Part shown: positions 13,929-27,169 of the stretch, one piece after another
Layout: every line of letters begins with the position of its first letter
How positions within the stretch are numbered: position 1 is the first letter of the stretch
Assembly (NCBI GenBank): GCA_964016885.1
Contig: OZ024743.1
Location: 332,940,001-333,004,000, forward strand
Length of the DNA stretch: 64,000 nucleotides
From: Eledone cirrhosa
Taxonomy: Eukaryota
Direction: 5' to 3'
Notes under the pieces: model-generated
Databases searched by the model: none
The model's input: the letters and a program-made list of their open reading frames with translations, nothing else
Told to the model about the DNA's origin: nothing
Translations under genes and position numbers: made by a program

Positions 13929-16320
13929 TCATCATCATCGTTTAACGTCCATATTCCACGCTTGCATGGGTTTGGACGGGAATTTTCCGCACTTGAGGCA
14001 AGATCGGTTGTCTTGCTCGTATAGAACTGTCTGGCGGGTTTTCTATGGCTGGATGCCCTTCCTAACACCAACCCCATTTACAGTGTGGACTGGGAGGTTT
14101 TTACCGTGTGGACTGGGAGGTTTTTACCACATTACAGCGTGGACTGTGTGTTTTTTTGTTGTGACAGCCACACAACCTCATTTATTTCGGACTGGATGTT
14201 GTGGTACCAACATAGCTTTACATTGAAAGGGGTAGTGTGGATGGCGTGGGGGGTAGTGGGCCGGGGGTGTATTTTTGTTAAGAGGTGCCTACTGACTGTA
14301 GGTTTCGCTTTGTACTTAGGCAAGGCAGGTCTTCTGTATTACTGTGTAGCGCCAAAGATCTCGGTCCAGTGACATTGTCTTGGAGAGGTGTAAGTGTGTG
14401 AGGTCGGAATTTATCAAGTCGTCCCAGGTTTTTCTGGGTCTGCCTACTCCGTAGCTACCGTCTATTTTTATAGCCCTGCGCTTTTTTATACAGCTGTCGT
14501 CTTTCATGCGCATCATGTGACCATACCAATGTAGTCTCCTCTCAAGTAAACAACATCTGATCCCTTTTATTCCTTATTTCTCCCTTAGTTTATTTATGCT
14601 TTGCCGTTCAAGTATATTACTATTACACATCCAACGGAGCATGCAAGCTTTGTTCCTCTCCAGTCTGCGTATATCCTCTGCATATAAGGCCCAAGTCTCA
14701 CTGCCATGTAACATTGCTGTTCGTATGCAGGCATCATACAGCCTGCCTTTCATTTTTAGAGAGAAACCTTTAGCGGCCAATAGTGGTATAAGCTCTCTGA
14801 ACTTTTTCCATCCCGTTCTGAATTTAGCTACTGTACTTTCAGAGCACCCTCCACCACTGCTGATTTTGTCACCCAGGTAACGGAAGGTGTCCACTATTTC
14901 TATAGAACCATCTGTGCAATGGAATGAGCTAGTATTCTGTGGGCATTTGCTGCTACTTATTGCACCTGAGCACCAGCCACATATTAAATCTACATTCTTA
15001 GTTAGCTTACCTGTGATTCCACTGCATCTTTTATGCACTCATACTTTGCATTTGGCACATAAAATGGAGTTTCTGCCTACTCCTTTCCTACACACTGAGC
15101 ATGGCCATTTCCCAGATGGGACCAGTGCCCTATTTTCCTTCCTACAAACTAGAACTTTAGTCTTAGACAGGTTAATTTTAAGGCCTTTTGATTCTAAGCC
15201 AAGCTTCCATGTTTGGAATTTCTTCTCTAGTTCAGCCATTGATTCAGCTATAAGCGTTAGATCATCAGCGTATAGGAGTTCCCATGGGCAGCCAGTCTTG
15301 AACTCCTCTGTTATAGCCTGAAAGGCAATAATAAATAGGAGGGGGCTAAGGACGGAGCCCTGATGAACACCAACTTTTACGCTAAACTCTTCACTATATT
15401 CGTTGTTAATTCTAACCCATTTATTCTCCTCATTTAGTAGCCTTTTGTAGTGACACTTCCAAGCTACCTACTTATCAGCGTCAGTGATGGCAAGTACACC
15501 ATCATCATTAAGGACACACTTCTCCCCGACAATATCACGGTTTTCCTTGACACATTGCCTAGCAATCCTGAACACCTTACATTTTTGGTCCTCGCATTGT
15601 AGAACATGCTTGAACCTTCTTTCCTCTGCTTCCCTTCTTGTGAAGTACATTTGTCTCCTAGCTTCCCTCCTGGCCACTTGATAGTCTTCTCTACTTCCCC
15701 ATCCCGCCATACTTTCCAAGCCTACTTTTTGGCCTTGATAGACTCCTCCACCTTACTGTTCCACCACCACGTTACTCTCCTCCTGCCTATAGGTCTGCTC
15801 CAGCCACAGATTTCATCTGTCGTCTTCAGCAGGTTAGCTTTCAGGAATTCCCACTGTTCCTCTATATTGTACGACTAATTGCTCTTCCTTACTGTCGAAA
15901 GCATCAAGTAATATGCTTTTAAATTTATTACTGGCTGGGGGGTCCTTTAGCTTCTAGGATTCTGAAGCCTTCCTCATTTCTAGTACCAAACCCATAGCCT
16001 CCATGGATTCCATCATAGCTGTCACAATGTTGTCCAATGTGACTATTTAGGTCGCCAGCAATAATTATGTAGTCACTGTCGGTTATTTGGGAGGTAGCGA
16101 GCATCAATGTCTCATAGAATCTGTCTTTTATAGCGCCAGGCAGGCCGGATTGGGGTGCGTAAGCAGATATTATTGTCACAGTGGTTCTATTTAGGACAAG
16201 TCTTATTTTAATTATTCTGTCGTTCACTCTATTTACGTCTATTATCTTATCTGCCCATTTTTCTGCTAGCATGATTTCTACTCCACCCAGCCCATTGTTA
16301 TTTCCCACCCAGAAAAGCTT
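13929..16320 (-). mobile_element. RTE LINE copy with internal deletions, stops and part of the AP endonuclease
   Basis: Same RT/PHD peptides as 10886-12547; EN motifs ISAYAPQ and IIAGDLN; about 0.6-kb deletion junction at about 15418 relative to copy 1, second deletion near 15958. Confidence 0.93.
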
Positions 16321-16495
16321 ATATATATATATATGTAGTCCAGAAATAGCCGTCAAAACGGCTTCAGCTCTGCCGTCGGGGTCATACTTTTTCCTATTAC
16401 CAACTCTACTACCCTAAGTATTGAGTACTCTGGTGCGTTATGGTCCATCTGGTTCCTTAGCACAACTCCGTTATATACATACATACATACATACG

Positions 16496-16546
<51 letters not shown>

Positions 16547-16929
16547 ATATATATATATATATATGTGTATATACACATATATATATGTGTATATACACAT
16601 ATATATATATATGTGTATATATATATATATATATGCGTATATATATATGTGTGTATGTATATATATATATATGCGTATATATATATATGTGTGTATGTAT
16701 ATATATATATGCGTATATATATATATGTGTGTATGTATATATATATATGCGTATATATATATATATGCGTATATATATATATATATGCGTATATATATAT
16801 ATGCGTATATATATATATGCGTATATATATATATATATATGCGTATATATATATATATATATGCGTATATATATATATATATATGTGTGTGTATGTATAT
16901 ATATATGTATATATATATATATATGTATG

Positions 16930-16970
<41 letters not shown>

Positions 16971-16982
16971 GTATGCATATGT

Positions 16983-17293
16983 ATCATCATCAACATTTAA
17001 CGTCCGTGTTCCACGCTTGCATGGGTTTGGACGGGGGTAGTCCCACTTGAGGCAAGAGTGATTGTCTTGCTCGCATAGGACTGTCAGGCAGGTTTTCTAC
17101 AGTTGGATGCCCTTCCTAACACCAACCACATTTACAGTGTGGGTCTGGGAGGTTTTTACCGTGTTGCCTACACGGCCACATTACAGCGTGGACTGTGTTT
17201 TTTTGTCGTGACACCTACACGATCTCATTTGTTTCGGCCTGGATGGCGCGGCACCAACATAACTTTACATAGAACTGGGTGGTGTGGATGGGG
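16983..17293 (-). mobile_element. RTE 3'UTR fragment
   Basis: Near-identical to 17481-17800 and 10497-10810. Confidence 0.9.
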
Positions 17294-17374
17294 TATATAT
17301 ATATATATATGTATGTATATGTATATATATATATATATATATATGTATGCATATGTATATATAAATATGTATGC

Positions 17375-17415
<41 letters not shown>

Positions 17416-17480
17416 TAAATATGTATGCATATGTATATATAAATATGTATGCATATATATATATATATATATATATATGT

Positions 17481-18299
17481 CATCATCATCATCATCATCA
17501 TCAACGTTTAACGTCCGTGTTCCACGCTTGCATGGGTTTGGACGGGGGTAGTCCCACTTGAGGCAAGAGTGATTGTCTTGCTCGCATAGGACTGTCTGGC
17601 AGGTTTTCTACAGTTGGATGCCCTTCCTAACACCAACCACATTTACAGTGTGGGTCTGGGAGGTTTTTACCGTGTTGCCTACACGGCCACATTACAGCGT
17701 GGACTGTGTTTTTTTGTCGTGACACCTACACGATCTCATTTGTTTCGGCCTCGATGGCGCGGCACCAACATAACTTTACATAGAACGGGGTGGTGTGGAT
17801 GGGGTGGGGGCGGGGGTGGTGGGACGGGGTGTATTTTGTTAGAGATGCCTACTGGCTGGAGTAGGTTTTACTATATATTTAGGTAAGGCGGGTCTTCTCT
17901 GTTACTGAGTACCGCCAAAGGTCTCGGTCCAGTGACATTGTCTTGGAGAGGTGTAAGTGTGTGATGTCGGAGTTTATCAGCTCGTCCCAGGTTTTCCTAG
18001 GTCTGCCTATTCCGTGACTACCGTCTATCTTTATTGCCCTGCACTTTGTTATACAGCTATCGACTTTCATGCGCATCACGTGTCCATACCAACGTAGCCT
18101 TCTCTCGAGTAAACAACATCTGATCCCTCTTATCTCTAATTTTTTCCTTAGTTCGTTTATGCTTTGCCGTTCACGTATATTACTGTTACACATCCAGCGG
18201 AGCATGCAAGCTTCGTTCCTCTCTAGTCTGCGTATATCCTCTGCACACAATGCCCAGGTCTCACTGCCGTGCAGCATTGCTGTTCGTATGCAGGCATCG
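17481..18299 (-). mobile_element. 5'-truncated RTE (3' ORF end plus UTR)
   Basis: [15 protein letters not shown]...EKTRLT peptide; (CAT)n tail. Confidence 0.93.
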
Positions 18300-18354
18300 T
18301 ATATATATATATATATATAAATATGTATGCATATGTATATATAAATATGTATGC

Positions 18355-18423
<69 letters not shown>

Positions 18424-18457
18424 TAAATATGTATGCATATGTATATATAAATATGTA

Positions 18458-18513
<56 letters not shown>

Positions 18514-18521
18514 AATATGTA

Positions 18522-18609
<88 letters not shown>

Positions 18610-18615
18610 TATATA

Positions 18616-18687
18616 GCCTCGTCTGACGAACGAATGAAGACGTTCCTTTCGTATTCGCCTCATTCGGGAAACCTCTGGTAATGAGGT
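18616..18687 (+). ncRNA. Solo type I hammerhead ribozyme motif
   Basis: Stem I GCCUCGU/AUGAGGU; CUGACGA 18623-29; stem II CGAAUGA/UCAUUCG (A.G closing, large loop); GAAA 18668-71; stem III CC-ucu-GG; UA 18679-80. Confidence 0.72.
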
Positions 18688-18712
18688 AATTATATTGTAT
18701 TGATTTTTATAC

Positions 18713-18751
<39 letters not shown>

Positions 18752-18806
18752 CGTACGTATATATATATATATATGCTGCTGATGTCCAGCAGAAGCAAGG
18801 GGGATA

Positions 18807-18850
18807 ACCGTCTATGCATTTCAGGCTTAACTGGCCTTCGTCAGGAGGGT
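18807..18850 (-). ncRNA. Solo minimal type I hammerhead ribozyme motif
   Basis: Minus strand ACCCUC-CUGACGA-AGGC-caguuaa-GCCU-GAAA-UGCA-UA-GACGGU: canonical core, 4-bp stem II, palindromic stem III, stem I 5/6 paired and extendable. Confidence 0.8.
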
Positions 18851-18899
18851 CCCTCCCAGCGCTTGCGACTGCTGGACTAGAAGACAGGCGAGAATATAT

Positions 18900-20014
18900 A
18901 GTTTTCTCATCTGTGTAAATGAGGTGATTAATCTCATTTGCATATGACAGATCTATCGGACTTTCAAAGAGGTCAAATTGTTTTGTTGGTGCTCGTATGG
19001 CAGGCATTAGCGTAACGAAAACAGCTGAAACGTTTGGTGAATCAAGAAGTACTGTCCAGAAAGTAATGACAGCCTTTGAGAAAGAGGGAAAAAACTTCCT
19101 CGTCGAAACAAAACTCCGGAAGAAAACCAAAACTTTCAGATAGGGAACGTCAGACTCTTACACGAATTGTTAGAAAGGATCACAAAAGTACAAGTCTCAA
19201 AATTACCGCAGAACTTAATGACCACCTCGAGAACCCAGTTTCCACAAAAACTGTTCGCCGGGAGCTGCACAAAGCCGGATTTCACTGGAGGGCTGCAATC
19301 AGAAAACCACTACTTTCAAAAACAAACGTTTCAAAGCGTTTAGAGTGGAGTAAAAACCTACCGAATTGGTCCCTAGAGCAGTGGAAGAAGGTTATTTTCT
19401 CAGACGAGTCATCATTTACCTTATTTCCGACCACCGGCCGAGTATACGTGTGGAGAAGCATTTAACCCAGACTGCCTTCTTCCGACTGTTAAACATGGAG
19501 GAGGATCTGTGATGATCTGGGGGGGCTATATCTTGGAAATCCGTCGGCCCAATGGTTTCCCTTCATGGCAGAATTAATAGTCAAGATTATTTATGCATTT
19601 TATCTGATCAAATTCATCCTATAGTTGCGGACTGTTTTCGGAGGGAAACGCAATCTTTCAGGATGATAATTCCCACAGCTAAAGTTCTTGCTGAATGGCA
19701 CAAGGAACATTCTAGTGAAGTTGAACATCTTATCTGGCCCCCGCAGTCCCCAGATCTCAATATTATTGAACATTTATGGTGCATTTTAGAAAAACAAGTA
19801 AGGAGTCGATATCCTCCACCATCATCACTACAAGAACTGGAGACTGTTTTAGCTGAAGAATGGACAAAAATTCCTTTGGAAACAATTCAAACTTTGTACG
19901 AGTCCATACCTCGTAGAATTCAAGCTGTAATTACTGCCAAAGGTGGTCCTACCCCATATTAAAATAAATTTGTTTGAAATTTTAAGGTGTTTCCATTATT
20001 TTGTCCAACCCCTG
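18900..20014 (+). mobile_element. Tc1-family DNA transposon remnant (frameshifted transposase, right TIR present)
   Basis: ATG 18944 MTDLSDFQRGQI; GRKPKLSDR; WKKVIFSDESSF; WPPQSPDLNIIEHLW; AKGGPTPY*; ends TTATTTTGTCCAACCCCTG|TA; left TIR not seen. Confidence 0.93.
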
Positions 20015-21384
20015 TATATACATACATATATGTATGCTTGTGTGTATATGATTATGTTTATATCTTTACACCCATAAACTTAGCAATTCAGCAAAAAGGG
20101 ATGTGAAAAAAATAAGTACTGGGGCCCCTCATATGAATAACTCCCTTTATTGTGATACATCAGCTCTAATGACTGAAACTGGTAGAATAGAAGTACAAAA
20201 ATGACAATTAAAATTAAGGTCAGATTTAGAGAGGGAGACGGGGGGGGGGGGAATAGGAAGCAAATGCAGAGAGGAAGGGAGAGAGATGATGATGCAGTGA
20301 TAACATCTGAAATTGTAATATCTGAAATTCGAAACATTTCAAGATTATATAGGTTATCAGATTTAGATGACGTGCTGTGGGGAGGGGGTAACCATGCCGA
20401 GGAGAGAGAGCCAATGATTAAGAGAAGGGAGTAGAGAGAGAGAGATATGAAAAGAAGATTGTTTGTGTGACCACCTATTGGTGATTACATTGACATGCAC
20501 TGTCTTCAAAAGTAATTTATGATGGAGATTGGGAAAATAGCAGCTGTTTAGTCAAATTGATTAACAGGAAAATAAATATATTGTCTTTTTTTTTTTTTTG
20601 TTCTAAGCAACAAGACAATATTTTTAATTGCTACCAAATTTAGAATTGTAAACATCAATAGCTACTATGTATATATACTCTTATTTCATTTTCACAACTC
20701 TGCCTTTAGAAATACAGAGAAATCTTTTAACTCTTTCATTACCATATTAATTCATGAAAGATAGTGTCTATAATTTTCAAATTATTTTCAAAATAATTAA
20801 GTATTTGAAGTGATTTAACATTATAACTAACTTTCTCGTTATAAAGCTGCTATTTGGATCACAAAGGCTCTTACAAAAAGGTTTGTAGATAAATATAAAC
20901 AATTTGAAACAAACACATTTGTACTGAAGAACCAGAAGTGGTTTCAGGTGATTTGGTTTCAAAAGGGTTATGTTGATATTTACAATACAAAGAGTTCTTA
21001 CAAAACAAACTATGATGGAAGGTTTTTAGATAAATATAAATATTATAAAGAAAGGATTTAGAGGGAATTGGTAAAATACCTTTCTCATTACTAAACTCGT
21101 GTTTGGAACATAAAGCTTTGTAGATAAAATTACAATGGAAGGTTTTTATATGAATATAAACATTTTCAAACAGTTTTGTATCATAACCAGAGGTGGTTTT
21201 AGATGTTAAATATTCTGTGTACATCATATCTTGTAGGCTGTTCACCTTGTATTTACATCTCAACTACTTTTGTGATGTCCAATTGTCATGAAGTATATTA
21301 TACTTTCTCAGGTTTGGTGTATCTCAGACTACACCACTCAACGAGTCTTTCCTTTTTTTTAAGAATGTAAGGTGTGATAGGGTA

Positions 21385-21550
21385 GGCAGTGAATTGGCAG
21401 AGTTGTTAGAACATCAGATAGAATGCTTTGTGGTATTCATTCCAGCTCTCTGCTCTCCGAGTTCAAATTTTGCCGAGGTCAACTTTGCCTTTCATCCATT
21501 CAAGGTCGATAAAAAAGAAAAAAAACCAGTCTAGTACTGGGGTCAATTCT
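21385..21550 (+). mobile_element. Second tRNA-SINE family (TTTGCCTTTCATCC...GGTCGATAAA central domain)
   Basis: GAGTTCAAAT B box plus conserved body; related copies at about 54840-55022 (+), 55697-55875 (-), 44030-44215 and 58100-58280. Confidence 0.7.
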
Positions 21551-22240
21551 TCCTCTATATCTCTTTCTCACTATCATTCTCTGCAAGAAATCTGCTATAT
21601 TCAAACCTAGAGAGGGGATGGGCTCTGCCAGGTTTAAGCAACGCTGTATGTCAATACAGTGCCCTTACATACAAGGTGTCAAAGGAAGAAGATTTTGTTA
21701 TTTCCAGTAGGTGGAGCAACTGTGTAGAGCCATAGAAACCATGCTGAATACGGTCCATTAACCAGCAAGATTGGTTGCTCTGACCTGTCTCATCCTGAAT
21801 CATGACACCCCACCCAACCCATACCAAAGTGGAAAGCTGGTATATGATGACGATATTTAAGTTACGTTTCTGTCTGTTTGTCATAACATACCCTGAAGTT
21901 CGGCATAGTGTCCTCGAAAATGGTTTATTAACTGTTGTGGAACTAACTTCTACTGAACTCGTCCCGTAGACTGAACTACTCTACTACTACGGATATAACC
22001 TCCCAGTGTTCTACCATTATATATATATATACATAGTTGTTTAACCTCTAATCAATTATGCAAAAGTAACCCCGTCTTAATATTTTGCAAATGGAATCGC
22101 TATCACACCTAATCACCAACATTTAGCTGGGGTTACACTACAGACATGAAGTGCTTTTGGATTGCTTAAAGCACAGTTTATCCTTGTGGTGTTACAGCAT
22201 AACCTCCATGGATAAACACTTTCATTATCTGCACTATATA

Positions 22241-22405
22241 TCATCATATCATCATCATCATCGTTTAACGTCCGTGTTCCACGCTTGCATGGGTTTGGAC
22301 GGGGGTTTTCCCACTTGAGGCAAGAGTGGTTGTCTTGCTCGCATAGGACTGTCTGGCAGGTTTTCTACAGTTGGATGCCCTTCCTAACACCAACCACATT
22401 TACAG
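22241..22405 (-). mobile_element. Very short RTE 3' end
   Basis: Matches 10497-10660. Confidence 0.88.
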
Positions 22406-23999
22406 ATATATATATATATATATATATATGGAAAAGTGGATATTGTATACATGTATGTATACACACACACACACACATCATTATTACTATTTTAGCAGTA
22501 TTCGTTATTAGAGTAGTCGCCACTTTAACAGGGTAGATGATTGAAGGTCGTTAGTTGCCAGTGTGGTAAGTGATAGTATCCTCGTTGGATTATCTTGTTG
22601 ACATAGACGTGAGGGAAGGTCCCTCGATCTATTTACCATCTATTTACAATATTCCTTTCGTCAGGTCGCCAATTCCAGCAGCATGGATTATAGATGTTAT
22701 TGAGACACGAGTAACATAATAATGATTTCAACAGCAGTAATTAGAGATGAAATGTTTGTTTATTTTTGATGTAGTACAAACAATGTTTGTTAACTTATAT
22801 GGTTGAAGTTACAGATAAAAAGAGGTTACAAAAGGGAATGTGCCATTGCGCCGGCGAGGCTAGGGTGCAAATCTCACCGTTACATTATGCGCGTTGCTGG
22901 CTTGAAGTTTCCGGTACAAGAGAGAGATTCTTCAAATCTTCGCGGGGAATTTCTTTCCCCAGGGCGCGTAGGGATACATCCTCTTCTACTGGCGCTGATT
23001 GGCTGAACTGAGCCAAATCACGCACAGAGAATGTATGTGAGCCCGCGGAATGTAGGTCACTACACTATCATTAAACGCTTGTTTTTCCACATTTGGGGAA
23101 ATGTAGCTTGGCAAAATCAATGTTTTCAAACAAAAACCCTTGTGATATTTACTAAACTGATTTGGCTATTTATTATTGGAGAGAAGGTGGTGAACAAATC
23201 AAACAGCAGACAAAACAGCTGTTTCTAGAATTGATTAAAACACTTAAAGGCACTGACTGCCCTTACATTATCACATTGCAAAGACTAAAGTACTGAAGGA
23301 ACTATCCTAACAGTCACATTCCAATGACTATGTCACTATCCTAATACTGTCACACTCCAATGACTATGTCACTATCCTCACACTCACTGACATTAAAAGA
23401 CAAGAAAAAAAAAGAATAATACTAATATGGACTTCTGTTGGTTTTAAAAAATATTGCAGTTATTTGAACAGAACAGCCTGTATATGAATTTAATGTGTAA
23501 GTGACTGAGCATTCTATACACATATGTACCTTTAATGTCAGGAAGATTCAGCATGATTTTATTACAGGTACAGTCCATTAATGGTCTTCCAAGCGTTTCT
23601 GTCTTTCCAATTTCACTTACAATGTAAGGGTCAACATGAGGCTTGAGTAAATGACACTTGCCCAAAATGTCAAGCAATTTCCTTAACCATTCGCCATGCA
23701 ACATCCACAATACTAATACAGGTTGCAAGAATTAACCATAAATAATTTATGATGGCATCATGCTGCCTTACAGACAGTAAGACTACCTGCTTCAGATTAT
23801 TTTTGTCAATTGTCTGAAACTTACAAGATTAGATACCAAAATACCAAGTATATCTGTTATAGAAAGGAAAGGAGTTAATACCAAAATACCAAATGTATCT
23901 TGTTAGGAGAGGAATTAATATACTGCTAACTGAAAAAAAACTCACATTCTTCTTATCAAAACAACTTGAATATACATTTCCAAACACAAATACATTTCT

Positions 24000-24475
24000 T
24001 CTGGCTTGGTTTCTATGGCTAGATGCCCTTCTAAAATGTCAACCACTTCACAGTGTGTACTGGGAACATTTTATATTGACACCAGTTCTACTTTACAGTG
24101 TAAGCTGAGTGCTTTTTTGTTGCAGCATCAGTACTTCCACCTTTCAGAGTTGCACTGGGTGCTTTTTGTCATCGCACCAACACTAACACCTTAAAGGATA
24201 TGCTTGTGCTTTTCGTTGTGACGCTTGAATTGTCACCTTACAGGGTGGACTGGATGCTTCTTGCCGGGGTACCAGCACTAGCACCTTACAGGGTGAACTG
24301 TGTGCTTTTTGTTGTGGCACCAGCACTACCACCTTACAGGGTCTGGATGGAGTAAAGACGAACATTAACCTTGTTAATATCACCAATCCCATGAACACAA
24401 CGTGTTGACTGGTTCAGGAACCTACGACTATGATCGCGAGTTCAACACACTAACCACTAGCCCACACGTCTTCAT
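24000..24475 (-). mobile_element. Degenerate SINE/RTE-tail composite with internal repeats of about 48 bp
   Basis: GATGCCCTTCTAA tail motif; repeated CACCTTACAGGGTG..CTG; tRNA-like head near 24420-24470. Confidence 0.55.
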
Positions 24476-26279
24476 AACCATTTAATAGGTAATGTAATAA
24501 TTATACAATTCAACTCACTATCGATTCTAATTATACAATCCAGTTAAATTTAAACACACACACACCTGATATAAAAGCCAAAGCGTCATAATCAACATAT
24601 AAAAGAAGAAAAAAAAAGAGACCTCTATAGTGCTGCTCGACCTGCTAAATAGCAGCACTACACCCTACTATCTAAAAACTAAAGGGCACATTGTATAATG
24701 TAGTGCTAGACAGAATGTCTGACAAATAAAATGATAGAACGGTCACGTCTTTGATCAGATGTCTGCTTGATAAAGGCTGACCTGGGACTAAAAAACACTC
24801 ACAGAATTATCCTGTATTAACAACCGCGTCTTTCGAACGTGTGAGCATGTAAAATATGAATTGAAAGGTATTTACGGAGATATAGCTAGTTTATCAATAA
24901 AGAACATAAGGTTAATGGTTAACAAAAATGATTAAAAAATGAGAATGTTATCTATAAATATACATGTGAATTTGTGTGTGTGATGCCATAGATTCATCCT
25001 TAAGTTATAAGCAATTACCATTTGTCTATCTTATCAAAATCTTGTGTACGTGGTCACTAAACTCACTAGAAATAACGGCCATATTCTTTGTACACACCTC
25101 ACTGGTTTTTTTGAAAAAAAGTAGAGTGGCACATTGTCTGAAAAATAAGATGCGGCAGTCATGGCTGAAATGCTTTCATCATAAGTTTACTTTATCGGGG
25201 CTGACCTAGGGCTAAATAGTGAATACGAGTACTTGCTAATTACGGAGCCTCTATGTGATCGTTCAATATGCTAAAAATAGCAGCTGAATCTCCAGTCTTA
25301 AAACTCGTCATTTGATACATTATACCTAAATGTAAGTCGGGATGGTCATATCTTGAACGTCCTTGCTTATAGGTGTCACCAAACAGGACCAATCTGGGGG
25401 TGGGGGGAGGGTCAACACCTAACAGGTAGAAGAACCACGCAGCACATTCATGACTGTCAAAAATCAAAATTCAGTTATAAATTACATTTTACCACCAGAG
25501 AGAAAATTATAAAAATATTTAAACAAATTCTGTTGATATTTAAATGTTCATTAAACTAATTACTTTACCTTATATATTCTGGTAAAAGTAGCATTTTAAA
25601 GTCTTATTTTTTAGATTAAATTTCTGGTGTCGACTATTACATGGATACTATTTGCAAAGGACTTATTTTACACCACAATGTATCAATAAGCAGAAATCTA
25701 AATGGACTCTAAATAAAAAGTAAAACAATTACGGATGTTTCTCCACATCAAAACACGTCAATTAAGACCACGTATCTCTTACGATCAAAACACATCAACA
25801 TAGTAAGATATATTTCCTCGTTGTATGTTCAGGATAATACCTTGATTCATCAGTGTTGAGCTGTCTATAAAAAAAAATTAAGGGTCGATTCTTACCAGAG
25901 ATATATAGAAAAATCTAAATTCTGGGTTGGATGAATGAACTTTACACGAGTATTTGCGGTAGATAAATTAAGTAAGTCAATAGAAAACTTATCTGTATTA
26001 AAAACAGATAAACTGACAGATTTTAATTGAAAAAAAAAAAAAATTCAAACATAGCTTAGACACTGCATGGTTTAGGCACTTGTCAAATGCACACGTACAG
26101 AATTAAAACTAGATAGCTGTGTCGTCAAGAATCAATCAAGATAAGACATGTACGACCCGAAACCTTTACATGGTCAACGAACCTTCTAAAAATAGCAGCC
26201 ACATATTCTTCAAATCTGTTTTTAAAATCAAAGAACACATTGGATAATGTAATTCAGAGAGAGAGAGAGAGAGAATATT

Positions 26280-26514
26280 AATTCCAAATATTAACAAAAC
26301 AGATATTCTTGTGATCAATTAAATTTTATTATACATATTTCAGAGGTACTGAATTAAGTTCAACAGTACGTCCTCAGATAAAATAAAATGATATATGACA
26401 TACCCTGACATGATAGAGGAGGACGTACTGTTGAACTTAATTCAGTACCTCTGAAATATGTATAATAAAATATAATTGATCACAAGAATATCTGTTTTGT
26501 TAATATTTGGAATT
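26280..26514. repeat. Near-perfect inverted repeat of about 95 bp with a spacer of about 43 bp
   Basis: AATTCCAAATATTAACAAAACAG...GTACGTCCTC versus GAGGACGTAC...CTGTTTTGTTAATATTTGGAATT. Confidence 0.92.
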
Positions 26515-26745
26515 TTTCTGTAGAGTGCTTCCAATCTATTGTAAAACTCATTCTTTGATGTACTCATTGAATCTTGTTTAACTCTTAAATATATATATAT
26601 ATAAATGAAAGTATAGAAATTATATATATATATATATACTATCTGAAAATAAGACGAAGCTAGAACGCTTTTAATCATAGGTCTGCAGGATCAAGTCTGA
26701 CCAGAAGCTAAACAAATATGCATACACACACATACAGTGCTTTAT

Positions 26746-26797
<52 letters not shown>

Positions 26798-27120
26798 TAA
26801 TAAAAATAATGAATAAAACCAAAGAAACAGTTCCTTGTATTAAAAGATTCATCATTTTACGATCGTTTCTAGGATATATATATTGTTGGTATGTATATCA
26901 TATAGATCTATGTAAAATTTTACAAACTATCAGAGGGAATATACATACCTACACATATATATGCTGTCTTCAGAAATAATATATATATATATATATATAT
27001 AAAGCACTGAAACAACTTATCTGTAGCAGTCGACTGATGAGATGGGGGGGCTGATTGTACTCGTTCATTTTCCTGTCTTCGCCCATATTTTTTGTTCGTA
27101 TGTTTTAGCCATGCGGGACT

Positions 27121-27169
<49 letters not shown>

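Noticed and set aside
25800-25860. CTGATGA...GAAATATATC on the minus strand as a hammerhead
   Set aside because: Stems I and II do not pair convincingly; likewise CTGACGA at about 22660 and CTGATGA at about 27033 lack GAAA or stems.
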